Shown here in pieces: positions 63,619 to 64,000 of a stretch of DNA of 64,000 bases. The DNA is from Alphaproteobacteria bacterium (GTDB lineage: Bacteria; Myxococcota_A; UBA796; SXON01), in contig JBEIQS010000004.1 in the NCBI GenBank assembly GCA_040376425.1, forward strand, positions 53,617 through 117,616. Reading direction: 5' to 3'. The notes below the pieces were generated by a model. That model was not told the DNA's origin, made no database searches, and was given only the letters and a program-made list of their open reading frames with translations. Within the stretch, counting starts at the first letter, position 1. Each line of letters begins with the position of its first letter. Position numbers and translations under genes: made by a program.

Positions 63619-64000
63619 GCGCGCACCTGCGAGAGTTCAAGGTTTAGCTGAGACAGCAGCGCCTCCAGCACCACCCGCCCGTTGACGTTCAGCCTCAGGC
63701 GGTCCCGCGCGTTGGCGATCCCGCCCAACATGCGCCCGACGCCGCCCGGATACAGGCCCAAGGCCCATTTTTGGAGCATGCCAAGCTGGTTGGGATGCAG
63801 CACCTTCGGGGCCTGCCCGTTGGCCACCAGCACGGTATCTCTCAGCAATTCTTCGATCAAATCCAGGACAAGCTCCGTGCGTTCTGCACCCCCCTCAGCC
63901 TTTTTTCCCAGGCCCTCGGTGAAGGCGAACAACTGGTACACCGGCTGCCCGATGGCACCGCACAGTGCGCCCAGCAGCTCTTCTGCCAGCTCAGTTCCGC
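63615..64000 (-). CDS. DNA polymerase III delta-prime subunit (HolB), C-terminal part; 5' end outside the window
   Basis: The frame stays open to the window edge by manual check. The helical C-domain ...IANARDRLRLNVNGRVVLEALLSQL resembles the HolB C-terminus. ATGA-type overlap with tatD. Confidence 0.45.
   Translation of the reverse strand, partial: GTELAEELLGALCGAIGQPVYQLFAFTEGLGKKAEGGAERTELVLDLIEELLRDTVLVANGQAPKVLHPNQLGMLQKWALGLYPGGVGRMLGGIANARDRLRLNVNGRVVLEALLSQLNLELSQVRA

Noticed and set aside
1-64000. CRISPR arrays, IS elements/transposases, integrases, prophage genes, rRNA/tRNA genes
   Set aside because: No spaced identical repeats, no DDE or tyrosine-recombinase motifs, and no RNA-gene-like conserved segments were recognised anywhere in the window. 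A tRNA or ncRNA scan by software is still advisable.

Overview
High-GC bacterial chromosomal segment, densely coding on both strands, with about 65 supportable CDS. I recognised no rRNA, tRNA, CRISPR array, transposase or integrase. Lipoproteins, MopE-type Cys/Asp repeat proteins, an Oar-like TonB-dependent receptor, YARHG and CotH/LTD proteins suggest a Myxococcota/Bradymonadia-like organism; this is inference only.

Housekeeping genes include grpE, accD-folC-lptD-like, selB, hemD-hemB, htpX, pncB, tatD, the holB 3' end, a malK-like sugar ABC operon, and a HIT/SPFH pair.

Most interesting regions:
1. A two-gene ATPase + HNH module at 46.3-48.4 kb, visibly lower in GC than its flanks. It looks like a Septu/PtuAB-type anti-phage system wedged between core genes.
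2. A translationally coupled FMN-binding protein / His-rich 4-TM protein / ApbE flavin-transferase operon at 36.9-38.7 kb. This is a candidate uncharacterised extracytosolic electron-transfer module.
3. A VTC - DUF4956 - HlyD-like operon at the left edge. The usual third partner, a CotH kinase, sits 20 kb away next to a lamin-tail-domain lipoprotein and two unknown secreted proteins.
4. An 865-aa lipoprotein with about 10 tandem MopE-type repeats capped by a fibrinogen-like YCDxxxxGGGW domain.
5. A recurring roughly 20-nt palindromic motif, TGCTCTTGAC-SS-GTCAAGG.
6. An unannotated 55-aa basic ORF with its own SD and a canonical intrinsic terminator.
7. A 15/19 Fur-box match in the only strongly AT-rich intergenic stretch.

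The many very long ORFs antisense to real genes are GC-driven shadow ORFs and were rejected. All domain calls come from motif recognition by eye; no searches were run.
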